DNA of 64,000 bases, taken from Spirochaetota bacterium (GTDB lineage Bacteria; Spirochaetota; UBA4802; UBA5550). Below the pieces are notes generated by a model that was not told the DNA's origin, ran no database searches, and saw only the letters and a list, made by a program, of their open reading frames with translations. Both the position numbers and the translations under genes were made by a program. The DNA lies in assembly GCA_963663865.1 (NCBI GenBank), contig OY760686.1, forward strand, positions 2,688,001 to 2,752,000. Reading direction: 5' to 3'. How positions within the stretch are numbered: position 1 is the first letter of the stretch; each line of letters begins with the position of its first letter. Below are positions 10,524 to 21,042 of the stretch, piece after piece.

Positions 10524-11762
10524 ATGCGTTTTCATCCCCCCCTTTTTTTATATATACTTGTTCTTCTGTCATGTTCAGAAAAAACTATAAACTACAATTT
10601 CCCGGGGGAACCCGGCAAGAGGGTTACTACCGGACTTGAGGTGTTTATTGAGGAAAAAGCCGAAAAACTCAGAGGCATAAATGCTGTACTGGTGACTAAT
10701 CACTCTGGGACCGACTACGCTCTCAGGAGCAGCTATTCGCTTCTCATTGACGCGGGCATCAATATCACGAAGATTATGGCGCCTGAACACGGCATCTATG
10801 GTTACCAGAACGAATATGACAGCAGGATAAAAGTCCCCGGGCCGTCCAAAAACTGTCCTGTCTACAATCTGCACCACCTGAATAAACGCTCGTTCCTTCG
10901 GCTGATAAAGGACGCTCACGCCGTAATATTCGACATACAGACACTGAGCATGAGATGCTACACTTATATTTCAAACCTCAAGTTCCTCATGGACTCAATG
11001 GCAGGACACCCCGCCGAGCTCTTCGTACTCGACAGGCCTGATCCGATTGGATTCCTGGGACCGGACGGCCCCCTGCTTGAGAGAAACCATGAATCCCGGT
11101 TCATTGGCGAGTTTCCCGGCCCTTTCATGTACGGCATGACAATCGGAGAGGCGGCGCTATATTACTCTGACAGATATGAACCCCGGACAAGGCTCACAGT
11201 AATTCCAATGCGGGGCTACAGCAGAGAGATGCTTTTCAGCGAAACGGGTCTTCCGTGGATTCCTCCATCGCCCAATCTTCCCGACTACAGCGGCACAATC
11301 ATCTACACCTTTGCTGTGTATCTTGAGGGCATCGAAGTCTCAATCGGCAGGGGAACCACAAAGCCCTTTGAATACATCGGCGCGCCCTACATTGATCCGG
11401 AGCTTCTTGCCGCGGGACTTACTTCGATGGGCCTCAAAAACTTCAAATTCAGGCCTGTACGATTCAAACCTGTTTTCAGCCACTTCAGGGGACAGGCCTG
11501 CGGAGGAGTTCAGGTTTTCTACACGGGAGGACATTTCAGCCCCACTGAGACCGCTTATTCCATTATCAGCTGCATCAGAAAGCTTTACCCCCAGGCCCGA
11601 TGGCGCAGAAGCGGCGGTGTGTATGTAATAGACTCCCTCGCGGGCAGCGCATCAATGCGCCAGTACATTGACCGCGGCGAATCGGCCCCGGAATACAGCT
11701 CTCTGACCGGAAGCGGAATCAGGAGATATAAAAGAATAAGGAAGAAATACCTGATGTACTGA
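10524..11762 (+). CDS. namZ: Exo-beta-N-acetylmuramidase NamZ (DUF1343) family lipoprotein
   Basis: LVTNHSG, APEHGIYG, FDIQT..RCYTY, VLDRPDP, GMTIGE, WIPPSPNLP, GRGTTKPFE; GGAGG RBS upstream of ATG 10524. Confidence 0.88.
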   Translation: MRFHPPLFLYILVLLSCSEKTINYNFPGEPGKRVTTGLEVFIEEKAEKLRGINAVLVTNHSGTDYALRSSYSLLIDAGINITKIMAPEHGIYGYQNEYDSRIKVPGPSKNCPVYNLHHLNKRSFLRLIKDAHAVIFDIQTLSMRCYTYISNLKFLMDSMAGHPAELFVLDRPDPIGFLGPDGPLLERNHESRFIGEFPGPFMYGMTIGEAALYYSDRYEPRTRLTVIPMRGYSREMLFSETGLPWIPPSPNLPDYSGTIIYTFAVYLEGIEVSIGRGTTKPFEYIGAPYIDPELLAAGLTSMGLKNFKFRPVRFKPVFSHFRGQACGGVQVFYTGGHFSPTETAYSIISCIRKLYPQARWRRSGGVYVIDSLAGSASMRQYIDRGESAPEYSSLTGSGIRRYKRIRKKYLMY

Positions 11763-11783
11763 GGCAGATCCGGCGCCTTCATA

Positions 11784-14249
11784 TTACATCTGCAAAAATT
11801 CCATGTATTTTTTTATTTCGACAGGATAATTGCCCTCAGAGTCCATATACTTTTTATAGCGCCTCTCGTATGACTGATAGTTTCGGATTAATATGTTCGT
11901 GTACCTCGTATTGTACTGTCCGAACGCCGGCATCTGTCCGAGCCTCTCGCGGATGTCCTTTTTGAAGGGAATGTGCTTGAAAAACATCTCCCTCACGACA
12001 GAATTCAACTTCATGATTCCATCTTTCTCGAACAGCACCCAGGTCTGATAGTCATCGGCAAACCGGTCCCGGTTTGTTCTGATACTCTTGAACTTTTCGT
12101 TAATCTTGTCCTTCGCTTCGACAGAAAGTTTGGAGTTCTTCTTGAATGTATTAACGTAATCAAAGTACTCGCCTGTAACTCCGCCCTCAATGGGATCGGC
12201 CCACATGGCTCCCTTGAGGCTGCGATTGAGCTCCCACCTGAAACAGGCAAGCGTATGAGCGAGGTTCTTCTGAAAATCACCTGCAAAGAATACCGGGATT
12301 ACAATCCGCCCCCTTGAACGCTTATTGGTCCCGGACAGCTCCTGCCACAGAAGGGTTCTGCTTCCTGACACCGGCAACAGTATAAAGTAAGGGAGGATTT
12401 CTTCCCTGATAATCTCACGCGCGTCCTCCAGTTTAAGCACCGTTTCCCTGTAGAACAGTGAAAAGTCTATGTCCCTGATTTCACGGACAGCTTTGTCGAC
12501 AGCTTCCCTGGCCATATACATGGACTTGAGGGAACCGTGAATGTTAAATGAACACAGAAAAGGAATCGCGGTCGATGTTGAGCCTGAACAGACCGCCGAA
12601 GTGCTCGCCAGACGCTGCTCAATCTCGTACATCACCGTAGCAAAAGCCGGATCAGCTGTCTCCGGGTGCGTGCCCTTCTTGCCTCTATGCCTCTCCTCTT
12701 CCCGGAGATGAGCGTCATAAGAAAGGCCCATCTCGGTTATACTTGGAGCCTCTTTACCCTGAAGAATCAGTGAAAGAAAATCCGTTTCCCTGACGACGGG
12801 TACCGAGGTTTTCTTCTCCGAGAGAGCGGCTATCTCCCATAGTTCGTTCTGATGCTCGTTATCAAGGAGAGTTTCATCAAGCAGGCCGAATGAAAGCATC
12901 ATCTTCACAGGCACCGGGGTATTGGGATCACCCTTGGAGCGGATAAAGGCCTGCTTGTACATATCCCAGTACATCTTCGTGATATGTCTCCTTAACTTTC
13001 TCGCCCCCGAATCGGTGGCAAGCGGGTTTTTGGCGGCCTTGAAATCCTTCAGCAGCTTGATAAACTTTGCCTGAAAGTCCTTGTCGGCAAGCGTATATTC
13101 CAAAATCTGTCTGAGAGAGTTTTGCAGTCCAGGCACCGGCCCGGCATTTCCAGCAGAGGTTTGTACAGAGGCTGCGGCGCTCTCAGATTTTTTCCCCTCA
13201 GCTTCAACAGGCCGCGATGCAGCTCCGCCGGCCGTGTAAAAGACGTGAATCTCCCTGATTCCGGGATAGACTGAAGTCATCTTCACGCCGAAGATTTCCT
13301 CGTACATGGAATTCATCTTCACTATTAGAGAGAGAGTCTGCTTCACAAACTCGGGACCGGCAAGCCCGGCACTGACAATCTGGTTAAAACCTCCGCCGGC
13401 AGTGAGATAAGACGACCAGCTTGTTTCAGCCCCGAACAAATCAGCAAGCTCTCGCCCTGTCTGATCGCACAGGGACTCAATCCTTCCGATTACGCCGGAC
13501 TGGGAAGCGGTGACAAGCTGAAGCATGGAAGCAGCGATTTCCGGGTCTGCTCCGATAATTCCTGCCGAAGCGGGCTGATTAACAATTCTTGAAATCATGT
13601 CAATCATCGGGCGGTTTATAAGATTTTCAACAGGCTCCCCCGAGAAGTTATACCTTCTGCTCAAATATCTGCTGTTGTCCGTTATAAGGAACCTTGCTGT
13701 TACCGGCGAGGGAAGCGCCCCGCCTGAAGAAGTAAAATTAGCAAACAGCGATGATGCCTTCCCCTGAAGCCTTTCGCTGAGCCCTCTTCCGCTGGCAGCC
13801 CCGTAAAGTATGCAGAGATTGTCAGACATCATCGTAGCGGAACGCCATAGCCGCAGCAGCCTGTCTGAGTCGGCGGCTGATGAAGCCACAGAGAGTATGA
13901 GGCCCCTTATGACCCAGGCCGCCGAAGCCGGATCGGCTGAAGCCAGCCTTGATATGCCGCCCTGAGGGACTTGCACAAACGAAACTTCACAGTCGGTCAG
14001 CGCCCTCGCACCGGCGCCGTGGGCCTCTGTAAGCCCGATGCTGCAAGGCGGTACTATCCCGCCCTGACGGATGAGGGAAACCCTGCTGCTCTTCGACGCG
14101 GTCAGAGCCGGATCAAGGCCGTTCATGGATTCAGGCGCGTTGAGCAGCTCAACAACGCCTTTTTTTAAATAGTACACCTTCTCCGGAGCCTCCCCCTGAC
14201 TAAACAAAAGGGTCCCGGCTGAACAAACCTCAATCTTCTCATTGGCCAT
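11784..14249 (-). CDS. Large cyclic-nucleotide-binding domain protein with C-terminal region of unknown function
   Basis: N-terminal AGTLLFSQGE...VYYLKKGVVE...ARALTDC cNMP fold; 821 aa. Confidence 0.7.
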   Translation of the reverse strand: MANEKIEVCSAGTLLFSQGEAPEKVYYLKKGVVELLNAPESMNGLDPALTASKSSRVSLIRQGGIVPPCSIGLTEAHGAGARALTDCEVSFVQVPQGGISRLASADPASAAWVIRGLILSVASSAADSDRLLRLWRSATMMSDNLCILYGAASGRGLSERLQGKASSLFANFTSSGGALPSPVTARFLITDNSRYLSRRYNFSGEPVENLINRPMIDMISRIVNQPASAGIIGADPEIAASMLQLVTASQSGVIGRIESLCDQTGRELADLFGAETSWSSYLTAGGGFNQIVSAGLAGPEFVKQTLSLIVKMNSMYEEIFGVKMTSVYPGIREIHVFYTAGGAASRPVEAEGKKSESAAASVQTSAGNAGPVPGLQNSLRQILEYTLADKDFQAKFIKLLKDFKAAKNPLATDSGARKLRRHITKMYWDMYKQAFIRSKGDPNTPVPVKMMLSFGLLDETLLDNEHQNELWEIAALSEKKTSVPVVRETDFLSLILQGKEAPSITEMGLSYDAHLREEERHRGKKGTHPETADPAFATVMYEIEQRLASTSAVCSGSTSTAIPFLCSFNIHGSLKSMYMAREAVDKAVREIRDIDFSLFYRETVLKLEDAREIIREEILPYFILLPVSGSRTLLWQELSGTNKRSRGRIVIPVFFAGDFQKNLAHTLACFRWELNRSLKGAMWADPIEGGVTGEYFDYVNTFKKNSKLSVEAKDKINEKFKSIRTNRDRFADDYQTWVLFEKDGIMKLNSVVREMFFKHIPFKKDIRERLGQMPAFGQYNTRYTNILIRNYQSYERRYKKYMDSEGNYPVEIKKYMEFLQM

Positions 14250-14254
14250 AGAAT

Positions 14255-14602
14255 CTATTCTCCGTCAGCTGATTTGAGGGATTTCATATATTCATCCCAC
14301 TCAACGGGTAAAAGGTTTTTTTTCCTGTTATTGCATTCCTTACATGCGGGAACAATATTCTCGCGGTCCGACATGCCCCCCCTTGCAAGAGGAATCCTGT
14401 GATCCATCGTCAAGTCCGCGGGAGAAAACTTCCCCGAACAGTAGTAACAAATCCCGGTTGAAATCTTCTTTTTCCACCATGGCGTCGTCCTCAGCTTCCT
14501 CGCCTTCTGTTTCTCTCTCGATATATGTTCGGACATGAAATCCATTCCCGAAGCTGGGACAGGGCGCTTTTCTCTTCTGTATTTTTTATCTCTATCGGAC
14601 AT
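14255..14602 (-). CDS. HNH endonuclease (McrA-like small protein)
   Basis: CYYC...LTMDHRIPLARGG...NIVPACKECNNRK; start uncertain. Confidence 0.9.
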   Translation of the reverse strand: MSDRDKKYRREKRPVPASGMDFMSEHISREKQKARKLRTTPWWKKKISTGICYYCSGKFSPADLTMDHRIPLARGGMSDRENIVPACKECNNRKKNLLPVEWDEYMKSLKSADGE

Positions 14603-14702
14603 GAAAACTTTCACCGGCTGATTCATAATAGGCGGGAACATGAACGGCCCCACGGGCAGCTGCCTCAGGAATGATTGCACTCTGGAAACTTTTTGTCAAT
14701 GA

Positions 14703-15632
14703 TTATTGGAAAAAAGAACCGTTCAAATGCCCATGCCCATTGATAAAGGCGCCGGCAGACATAGGTTTTTTTGTTTCCGGCTGAATATCGACAATTTCAA
14801 TGACTCCGCTTCCAGTCCCTGCCAGTACCCTTTTTTTCCCGTAAAATGAGAGCTCTCCCGGCCTGAGCCTCACATCCGGTATATCCCGCAGCGAGGTCTT
14901 TCGTATCTTGAACACCTTCCCGCCCAGACGAGTATGCGCGCATGGTGACGGGTTGAGGCCTCTGACGAGATTGTGTATTGTTTTTGAATCAACCGCCCAG
15001 TTTATTTGTGCGGTTTCCTTCGTAATTTTCCCGCAATATGTCGCGCTCCTTTCGTCCTGAACAATTCTGACTGCCGCGCCGGAAGCCAAAAGCTCAACCG
15101 CTCTGGAAAGCATAGCGCCTCCGATCTCTTTAACTATTTCAAAAAGCTCACCGGCATCTATCTCATCGTCGAGCTCGATTTTTTCCTGCAAAATAATATC
15201 GCCCGCGTCCATCCGCTCATTGATAAGCTGAACAGTGATTCCGGTCTTTTTTTCCCCGTTTATAAGGGCCCACTGTACCGGAGCCGCTCCCCTGTATAAT
15301 GGCAGCAATGAGGGATGAAGGTTCACTGTCCCCAGAGGAGGCATATTAAAAACGTCAGCGGGGATTATTTTACCATAAGCGACAACAACGAAAATATCGG
15401 CTCCATGGGCCTTTATTGTTTCCATAAAAGACGCCTCTGTGAGGACGTCTGGCTGGTACACCGGTATATCGTTGCACATAGCCTCATCCTTTGCGGGGCA
15501 GAAGACAAGCCTTCTATTCCTTCCCGAAGGCTTGTCCGGCGGCGCAACCACAAAGAGGACCTCATGGCCTTCAACAAGTCCGCGCAGACAGCAGGAAGCG
15601 AGGTCAGGAGTTCCGAAAAATCCAATTTTCAT
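14703..15632 (-). CDS. fmt: Methionyl-tRNA formyltransferase
   Basis: FFGTPD, PDKPSGR, VVAYGKI, NLHPSLLPLYRGAAP, MDAGDI. Confidence 0.96.
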   Translation of the reverse strand: MKIGFFGTPDLASCCLRGLVEGHEVLFVVAPPDKPSGRNRRLVFCPAKDEAMCNDIPVYQPDVLTEASFMETIKAHGADIFVVVAYGKIIPADVFNMPPLGTVNLHPSLLPLYRGAAPVQWALINGEKKTGITVQLINERMDAGDIILQEKIELDDEIDAGELFEIVKEIGGAMLSRAVELLASGAAVRIVQDERSATYCGKITKETAQINWAVDSKTIHNLVRGLNPSPCAHTRLGGKVFKIRKTSLRDIPDVRLRPGELSFYGKKRVLAGTGSGVIEIVDIQPETKKPMSAGAFINGHGHLNGSFFQ

Positions 15633-16239
15633 TTTTCTTTTTTTCCGCATTCAATTTCTTTAAGGTTTTCTTTTCAATTTTTTTCAATCTCGGCAAATAG
15701 CGTTTCAGGCAGTCACCCGAAAGGTAATCGACAAAGAGCTTACCGTCTATATGGTCAATCTCGTGCTGAAGCACCCTCGCAAGGAGCCCCCCTGCCTCAA
15801 TCTCAAGCTCCCTCCCGTTCAGGTCAACGGCCGACACGAGAATCTCTGAAGGCCGGTAGACCTCGGCCGTGATCCCGGGTATTGAGAGGCAGGACTCAAA
15901 ATAAGAAGTTCTTTCCAGGTTATAATCTCTGATAGAGGGGTTGATAAGCGTCATCTCGTTAAAATAGTCTCTCACATCGACAACGATCATCCTGAGGGGA
16001 ACGCCCGCCTGTGGAGCCGCAAAACCCACGCCCTTATTGGCTTTCATGAGCCGTGACATACCAAGAGACAAATTCACTATTGAATTATCAATGTTGTTTA
16101 TCTCTTCAGCCCTGGCCCTTAAAACATCATCGCCATAGCGGACGACTGATGAGCAGTCTCCGAAGCCACCCCCTTTCTCTGCCGGGTTTTCCACGAAAGA
16201 TGACCTCCTCTTCATGCTGTTTATCATCGCCCGACTCAA
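15604..16239 (-). CDS. def: Peptide deformylase
   Basis: GVGFAAPQ, ESCLSIP, QHEIDHIDG; adjacent to fmt; start uncertain. Confidence 0.95.
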   Translation of the reverse strand: MSRAMINSMKRRSSFVENPAEKGGGFGDCSSVVRYGDDVLRARAEEINNIDNSIVNLSLGMSRLMKANKGVGFAAPQAGVPLRMIVVDVRDYFNEMTLINPSIRDYNLERTSYFESCLSIPGITAEVYRPSEILVSAVDLNGRELEIEAGGLLARVLQHEIDHIDGKLFVDYLSGDCLKRYLPRLKKIEKKTLKKLNAEKKKNENWIFRNS

Positions 16240-16420
16240 GCCGCTGTCAAATGAAAATACAGTCCTGATAAAAAAATAACAGCCCCGCTTGATTGAACAT
16301 TACACCTTTTTTTTCTCAGGTAAAAATCATTTTTTTTAATTTTTTTCGTGTCCTGCTCCAGTGTTTTTGTTGACAGAAAATACCCATGTTGTTTTATGTA
16401 TCTCGTATCGCGGAGGAGAT

Positions 16421-16494
16421 GGGGTGTTAGCTCAGTTGGTTAGAGTACCTGCCTGTCACGCAGGGGGTCGCGAGTTCGAGTCTCGTACACCCCG
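16421..16494 (+). tRNA. tRNA-Asp(GTC); CCA not encoded
   Basis: GGGGTGT/ACACCCC acceptor stem, D-arm AGCTCAGTTGGTTAGAG, anticodon arm CCTGC-CTGTCAC-GCAGG, T-loop GTTCGAG. Confidence 0.97.
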
Positions 16495-16919
16495 CATTCA
16501 AAAAGGCATCTTCTGAAATTCATTTGAAGCCTTTTTGAATTCTGGTTTTCCGCCAGACGGATAATAACTACTCCTCCTAAATTTTGTGTTATATCCTGAA
16601 TTAACTCACTTCGAAGGACATAGGACGGCTTTAGCCCCCTGTGGCACTTCGTAAAGTGAGATTTTTTCATTAATCCAGCCACTACTCTTCCCTTAACTAA
16701 AATACCATATTCGTAATTATTATTTTGCTTGATTATTCTTCATGATCTATGACAGATAATACACGCAGCTCCTGACGGCGTTTATCGGCTGCTGAATATT
16801 ATGCCTCCGGGCATATTCGGCTCGTTAAGACATTTCCCAAAATGCCTCTATTGAAATGATAAATCAAAGTCAGCTCTTTTTCACTTGTACCAATTTTCTG
16901 ACAGGCGGTGTCTCCTGAT

Positions 16920-17099
16920 ATGAATGAATCAATAAAAGACGCAGTAAAATATATATCGCAGCGGCTAAAAAGCGGGCAACAGGAAGATATACTCAGCCTT
17001 GTCGAAGAGGCCTCCAGAAAATACGACCTTAACGCGCTTCAGTCCGAATTTCTACTTTCAAAATACCTGCAAAATGAGGAGACTGATCAGGTTGAGTGA
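16920..17099 (+). CDS. Small helical hypothetical protein
   Basis: 59 aa (MNESIKDAVKYIS...EEASRKYDLNALQSEFL); overlaps the start of the next gene. Confidence 0.65.
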   Translation: MNESIKDAVKYISQRLKSGQQEDILSLVEEASRKYDLNALQSEFLLSKYLQNEETDQVE

Positions 17100-17823
17100 C
17101 AGCACCCCAATCGAAACTCTTTTATCAAGAAAGGCTCTGAAGCTGCACTCAGATGCAAAGCTCCTGCTGAAGAAGATGCTCGAATCAGATTACAGCTCAT
17201 GCGTCTCGCCGGAGTTCAGGCAGGACTACTCAAGGGTCCTTGAGCTATTCGACCTCTTTGCGGCTGAATACGTCAGGAAGTCAGGTTACAGGGTTTCCTG
17301 CGGGCCCCGCTGCGGGCAATGCTGCTGCCACTGGGCTGAGGACGTCTACTCGTTCGAAGCGGAGATAATAGCATCCGAGCTCGTCAAAAAAGGAGCTCCG
17401 GTTTCAGATATTAACTCACAGATTAAAACAGACGAAATTGAGTTCTTTAGACTCGAACGAATGCTTCATGAACGCACTGACGCCCTGCGCGAAAACGGTA
17501 TTGATGAAACAGACCTGTTACTCTCGGCCTTTTATCAGCTTGAAAGGCCCTGCCCTCTGCTCGACCCGGAAGGCTCATGTTCTATCTACGCGATACGCCC
17601 GATGATGTGCCGTTCCTTCTTCAATACCGGCAGTGTTGAGACCTGTCATCCCGAGAGGATCAATGAGGATGACTCGGTTACAATGATCGTCGAACTCGAC
17701 GCGGAATGTGAAGCTATTCTTGACACTCTGCACATGAAACACACCCGCTTCGGAGTGCTCTCAGCCCTCAGACCTCTCCTGAGAAAATGCCTTGAAGAGC
17801 CGCTTCATGAACCCTCGGCCTGA
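17092..17823 (+). CDS. YkgJ-family CxxCxxCC zinc/iron-chelating protein
   Basis: CGPRCGQCC...CPLLDPEGSCSIYAIRPMMCR; GAGGAG RBS before TTG 17092. Confidence 0.88.
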   Translation: MSDSTPIETLLSRKALKLHSDAKLLLKKMLESDYSSCVSPEFRQDYSRVLELFDLFAAEYVRKSGYRVSCGPRCGQCCCHWAEDVYSFEAEIIASELVKKGAPVSDINSQIKTDEIEFFRLERMLHERTDALRENGIDETDLLLSAFYQLERPCPLLDPEGSCSIYAIRPMMCRSFFNTGSVETCHPERINEDDSVTMIVELDAECEAILDTLHMKHTRFGVLSALRPLLRKCLEEPLHEPSA

Positions 17824-20800
17824 AACGCCTTTCTTCCCTCTTCAAATGCCTCTTCAAGATTGACGAAAAGCTCCCCCGCTTTCTCAGATTTTCCCTCTGA
17901 CGAATCCATCTCAATTCTCTGAGCTAATGAAGCAATCTCTTCAAGCCTCAAATTAAGCGCTGCTCCCTTTATTCGGTGAGCCAGGCGTCCAGCCTCTTCC
18001 AGCTCTCCGGAGTTGAGAGCCGCCTTAAGATTATCCATATTTTCGCCGGCTTTCTGGAAAAAGTCAGCCGAAAGCCTGCGCACTGCTGCTACCGGAATTC
18101 CCAGCTCAGCCGCGGCCTTATCCGCGGCCGATGTCCCGCTTCCCGCTGACGCTCCCTCGCTCAGATGCCCAAGGTATTTCTCTAAAACCTCTCTGAGTGA
18201 TGAAGACTCAAGGGGTTTCGGCAGATAATCGTCCATCCCTGAGGCGAGAAGCGCCTCTCTGTCTCCCTTCATTGCCTTTGCGGTCAGAGCAACAATTGGA
18301 GTATGCCTCAGCCCGCTCTCTTTTTCGTAAGCGAGTATCATCTCTGCCGCCTCAACTCCGTCGCACACCGGCATATTCACATCCATCAGGACAAGGCTGT
18401 ATCCCCCCTCCTTATATCTGTCAAAGGCCTCAAGACCGTTTGAGGCAAAATCAGTTGTGATTCCGTACGGTTCAAGCATCAGCCTGACCAGCAGCTGGTT
18501 GATGGGATTATCCTCTGCTGTCAGAACCCTGGCATTCACCCTGAAATCCCGGTTTAGAGATGCCGCTGTGTCTCTTTTTGATGCCTTCGCTGAAACTCCG
18601 TGAACGATATCCATAACACAGTTAAAAAGACGTGAAGAGTTTACCGGCTGTAGTATTATCCTTGCCGGACCGCACTTCATACCCTTGACCGCGGCAATAT
18701 CGCTCTCATGGGCTATGACTGCGACACGGTTTCCGTAGGGACCGGAGCATATTTTTTCGAGAACTGCTGCGCCCGGCCCGGAAAATACGGTAAATATGAC
18801 ATCGGGCTCGGTGCCTGAAGCGGCATCATCCGGCCCCATAATAAGCTTTGACGCGAACCCGAAGGACTCCAGATACCTGAGGATGAGCCTGTCCATTGTA
18901 CCCGGTTCCGGACCGACCAGTACAGCGCAGTTCACTTTCCTGCCGCCTTCTTCGGGGGCGATTCCGTACCGGGCCTCGCTCTGCTTCTTCATCCTCAACA
19001 CAAACCTGAAGGTGCTTCCTCTACCCATTCGGCTTTGCAGGACAAGCTCTGAACCCATCAGCCCGACCAGATTCCTGCTTATGCTCAGGCCAAGCCCTGT
19101 TCCACCAAAACGCCTTGTCACAGACGAGTCTGCCTGCTCGAATGCATCAAAAATACGCTTCCTCTTATAGTCAGGTATCCCTATGCCGCTGTCCGACACG
19201 GCAAACTGGATTTCACAGTGAGTCGCGCTTGAATCAAGAAGGATAATTTCAACGCGGATCTCACCCTCTTCCGGAGTAAACTTAACCGCGTTGCTCAGGA
19301 GATTTCCGAGGACCTGTTTTATTCTGAGGGCATCCCCAATTACAGACTCGGGCAACGCCGGATCTATGAACGTTAGCAGGTCAATCCGTTTTTCATTCGC
19401 CTTGGCGTAGTACAGATCAATCACTGATTCAAGTTCGCGCACAGGGTTGAACGACGAGCTGTCAATCTGCAGCTTGCCGCTCTCTATTTTTGAAAAATCC
19501 AGAATGTCGTTGATTATACCGAGCAGGCTTCTCGCGCTTGAGGTGACAATATCAAGGTATTCAGTCTGGACCTCATCAAGTTTCGTGGTGCGGAGTATTT
19601 CAATAAAGCCCATTATGCTATTGAGGGGATTTCGTATTTCGTGACTCATATTTGCCAGGAATGAACTCTTGGCCCTATTAGCCGTTTCTGCCTCGACCCT
19701 GGCCCTTATCATCTCCTCTTCCGTGCTTTTCCTGCCGGTCACATTGCGTATGATTACCAGGACCTCGCTGGGCCCGCTGGCCACGAACCTGGCTTCATAG
19801 TACATCTTTGCGCCGTCCTTCTCAAGAGGATACTCGTACACCTGCACATCACCTGTCTCGAATGTCTTCCTGATAGCGTCAATTGTCTTAATCCTGACGT
19901 CTTCAGGATAGACCTCGCAGAGCCTGGCCCGCATGGCAGGCTCAAGGCACATGCCGCTGTCATTCAGATGAAACATTAAATCCGGTACCGCTTCAAGAAG
20001 CGCCCTGTTGCGTGCCTCGCTTCGCATGAGTTCCCGCTCGGCGGCCTTTCTTTCGCTGATATCGCTAACCGCGGCTATATATCCGCCAATTTCATCTCCC
20101 GAATCCCGGAATATGCTTATACTCATGTCGGCATCAATTCTTTTGTTTCTGCTGCCGATATTTACGTATTCAAAAGTCCTGCTTCTGCCGTCAGCAAGAC
20201 AGAGGTCCATATTTATTTTTAGGCGGTAACGGTCCGGCTCATCCATATATTCCGAAATCAAAGAGCCCTCGGCCTCCGCGCAATCAGAGAATTCCTGTAT
20301 TTCCGTAAACGCGGAGTTTGCGTAAAGGATACGGCCCTGCAGATCAATCAGGGCTATCCCGTAAAAGACAGAGCTGAGTATTCTCCTGAAAGTCAGCTCT
20401 CGGGGAAAAAGTACCGCCGAATACCGGGCGCATAGAATTGACCTCATTAGCAGATCTGAGTTCAGGTTGTCTCTGGGAATAACATCGTCAGGTCTTAAGG
20501 CCGTATACTTCTTGCCTCTGGCCGGGCTTACAACAACAAGCGCTGAGCCCGTCCTCTGCCTCAGCTCCGAGGAAGTCCGGGCTGTAACCTGCTCCGGCGG
20601 GAAAAGCAGAATACAGTCAGCGGATTTCACTACGCTTTCAGCCGCCCCTCCTGTCACAGCAGAAGAGGCAATGTCCTTCTGGTGTACACCTGAGTAGTTC
20701 AGAAGCTTTGAAGTTATCTCAATATCTTCAGGATCATCAGAGAAAATGTGGACTCGCCCCGCGGCAGCAGAAGGTTTCATGGCAGCTTCCAGTTTCGATT

Positions 20801-20825
20801 TATTTTTGTTATCGCTTGCTTTCAC
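17805..20825 (-). CDS. Hybrid sensor histidine kinase (PAS-HisKA-HATPase-REC-REC-Hpt)
   Basis: FLANMSHEIRNPL, NLLSNAVKFT, GGTGLGL, LMDVNMP, AHRIKGAA (Hpt). Confidence 0.95.
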   Translation of the reverse strand: MKASDNKNKSKLEAAMKPSAAAGRVHIFSDDPEDIEITSKLLNYSGVHQKDIASSAVTGGAAESVVKSADCILLFPPEQVTARTSSELRQRTGSALVVVSPARGKKYTALRPDDVIPRDNLNSDLLMRSILCARYSAVLFPRELTFRRILSSVFYGIALIDLQGRILYANSAFTEIQEFSDCAEAEGSLISEYMDEPDRYRLKINMDLCLADGRSRTFEYVNIGSRNKRIDADMSISIFRDSGDEIGGYIAAVSDISERKAAERELMRSEARNRALLEAVPDLMFHLNDSGMCLEPAMRARLCEVYPEDVRIKTIDAIRKTFETGDVQVYEYPLEKDGAKMYYEARFVASGPSEVLVIIRNVTGRKSTEEEMIRARVEAETANRAKSSFLANMSHEIRNPLNSIMGFIEILRTTKLDEVQTEYLDIVTSSARSLLGIINDILDFSKIESGKLQIDSSSFNPVRELESVIDLYYAKANEKRIDLLTFIDPALPESVIGDALRIKQVLGNLLSNAVKFTPEEGEIRVEIILLDSSATHCEIQFAVSDSGIGIPDYKRKRIFDAFEQADSSVTRRFGGTGLGLSISRNLVGLMGSELVLQSRMGRGSTFRFVLRMKKQSEARYGIAPEEGGRKVNCAVLVGPEPGTMDRLILRYLESFGFASKLIMGPDDAASGTEPDVIFTVFSGPGAAVLEKICSGPYGNRVAVIAHESDIAAVKGMKCGPARIILQPVNSSRLFNCVMDIVHGVSAKASKRDTAASLNRDFRVNARVLTAEDNPINQLLVRLMLEPYGITTDFASNGLEAFDRYKEGGYSLVLMDVNMPVCDGVEAAEMILAYEKESGLRHTPIVALTAKAMKGDREALLASGMDDYLPKPLESSSLREVLEKYLGHLSEGASAGSGTSAADKAAAELGIPVAAVRRLSADFFQKAGENMDNLKAALNSGELEEAGRLAHRIKGAALNLRLEEIASLAQRIEMDSSEGKSEKAGELFVNLEEAFEEGRKAFQAEGS

Positions 20826-21042
20826 ATCTGGGCTTCAAGTTACATACCTTTGCCGAATAGGGCGTCATGCAATAGAGACTGAGGCGCTCGTCTTCGGTGT
20901 ATTTCATAATCTATTATCGAACTTTGAATGTTTATTTCTGAAGCCCGATTGCTGTTTTTTCCGGCCTGACACAGGTATTTGTTGTTGATATTATAATGAC
21001 GCGTGTTAGTTTCTGGCAGCTCATCCTAAAAAGGCGGATTTA

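Noticed and set aside
16421-16900. tRNA-Asp as an island or prophage attachment site
   Set aside because: No integrase in the window and no duplicated tRNA 3' end noticed.
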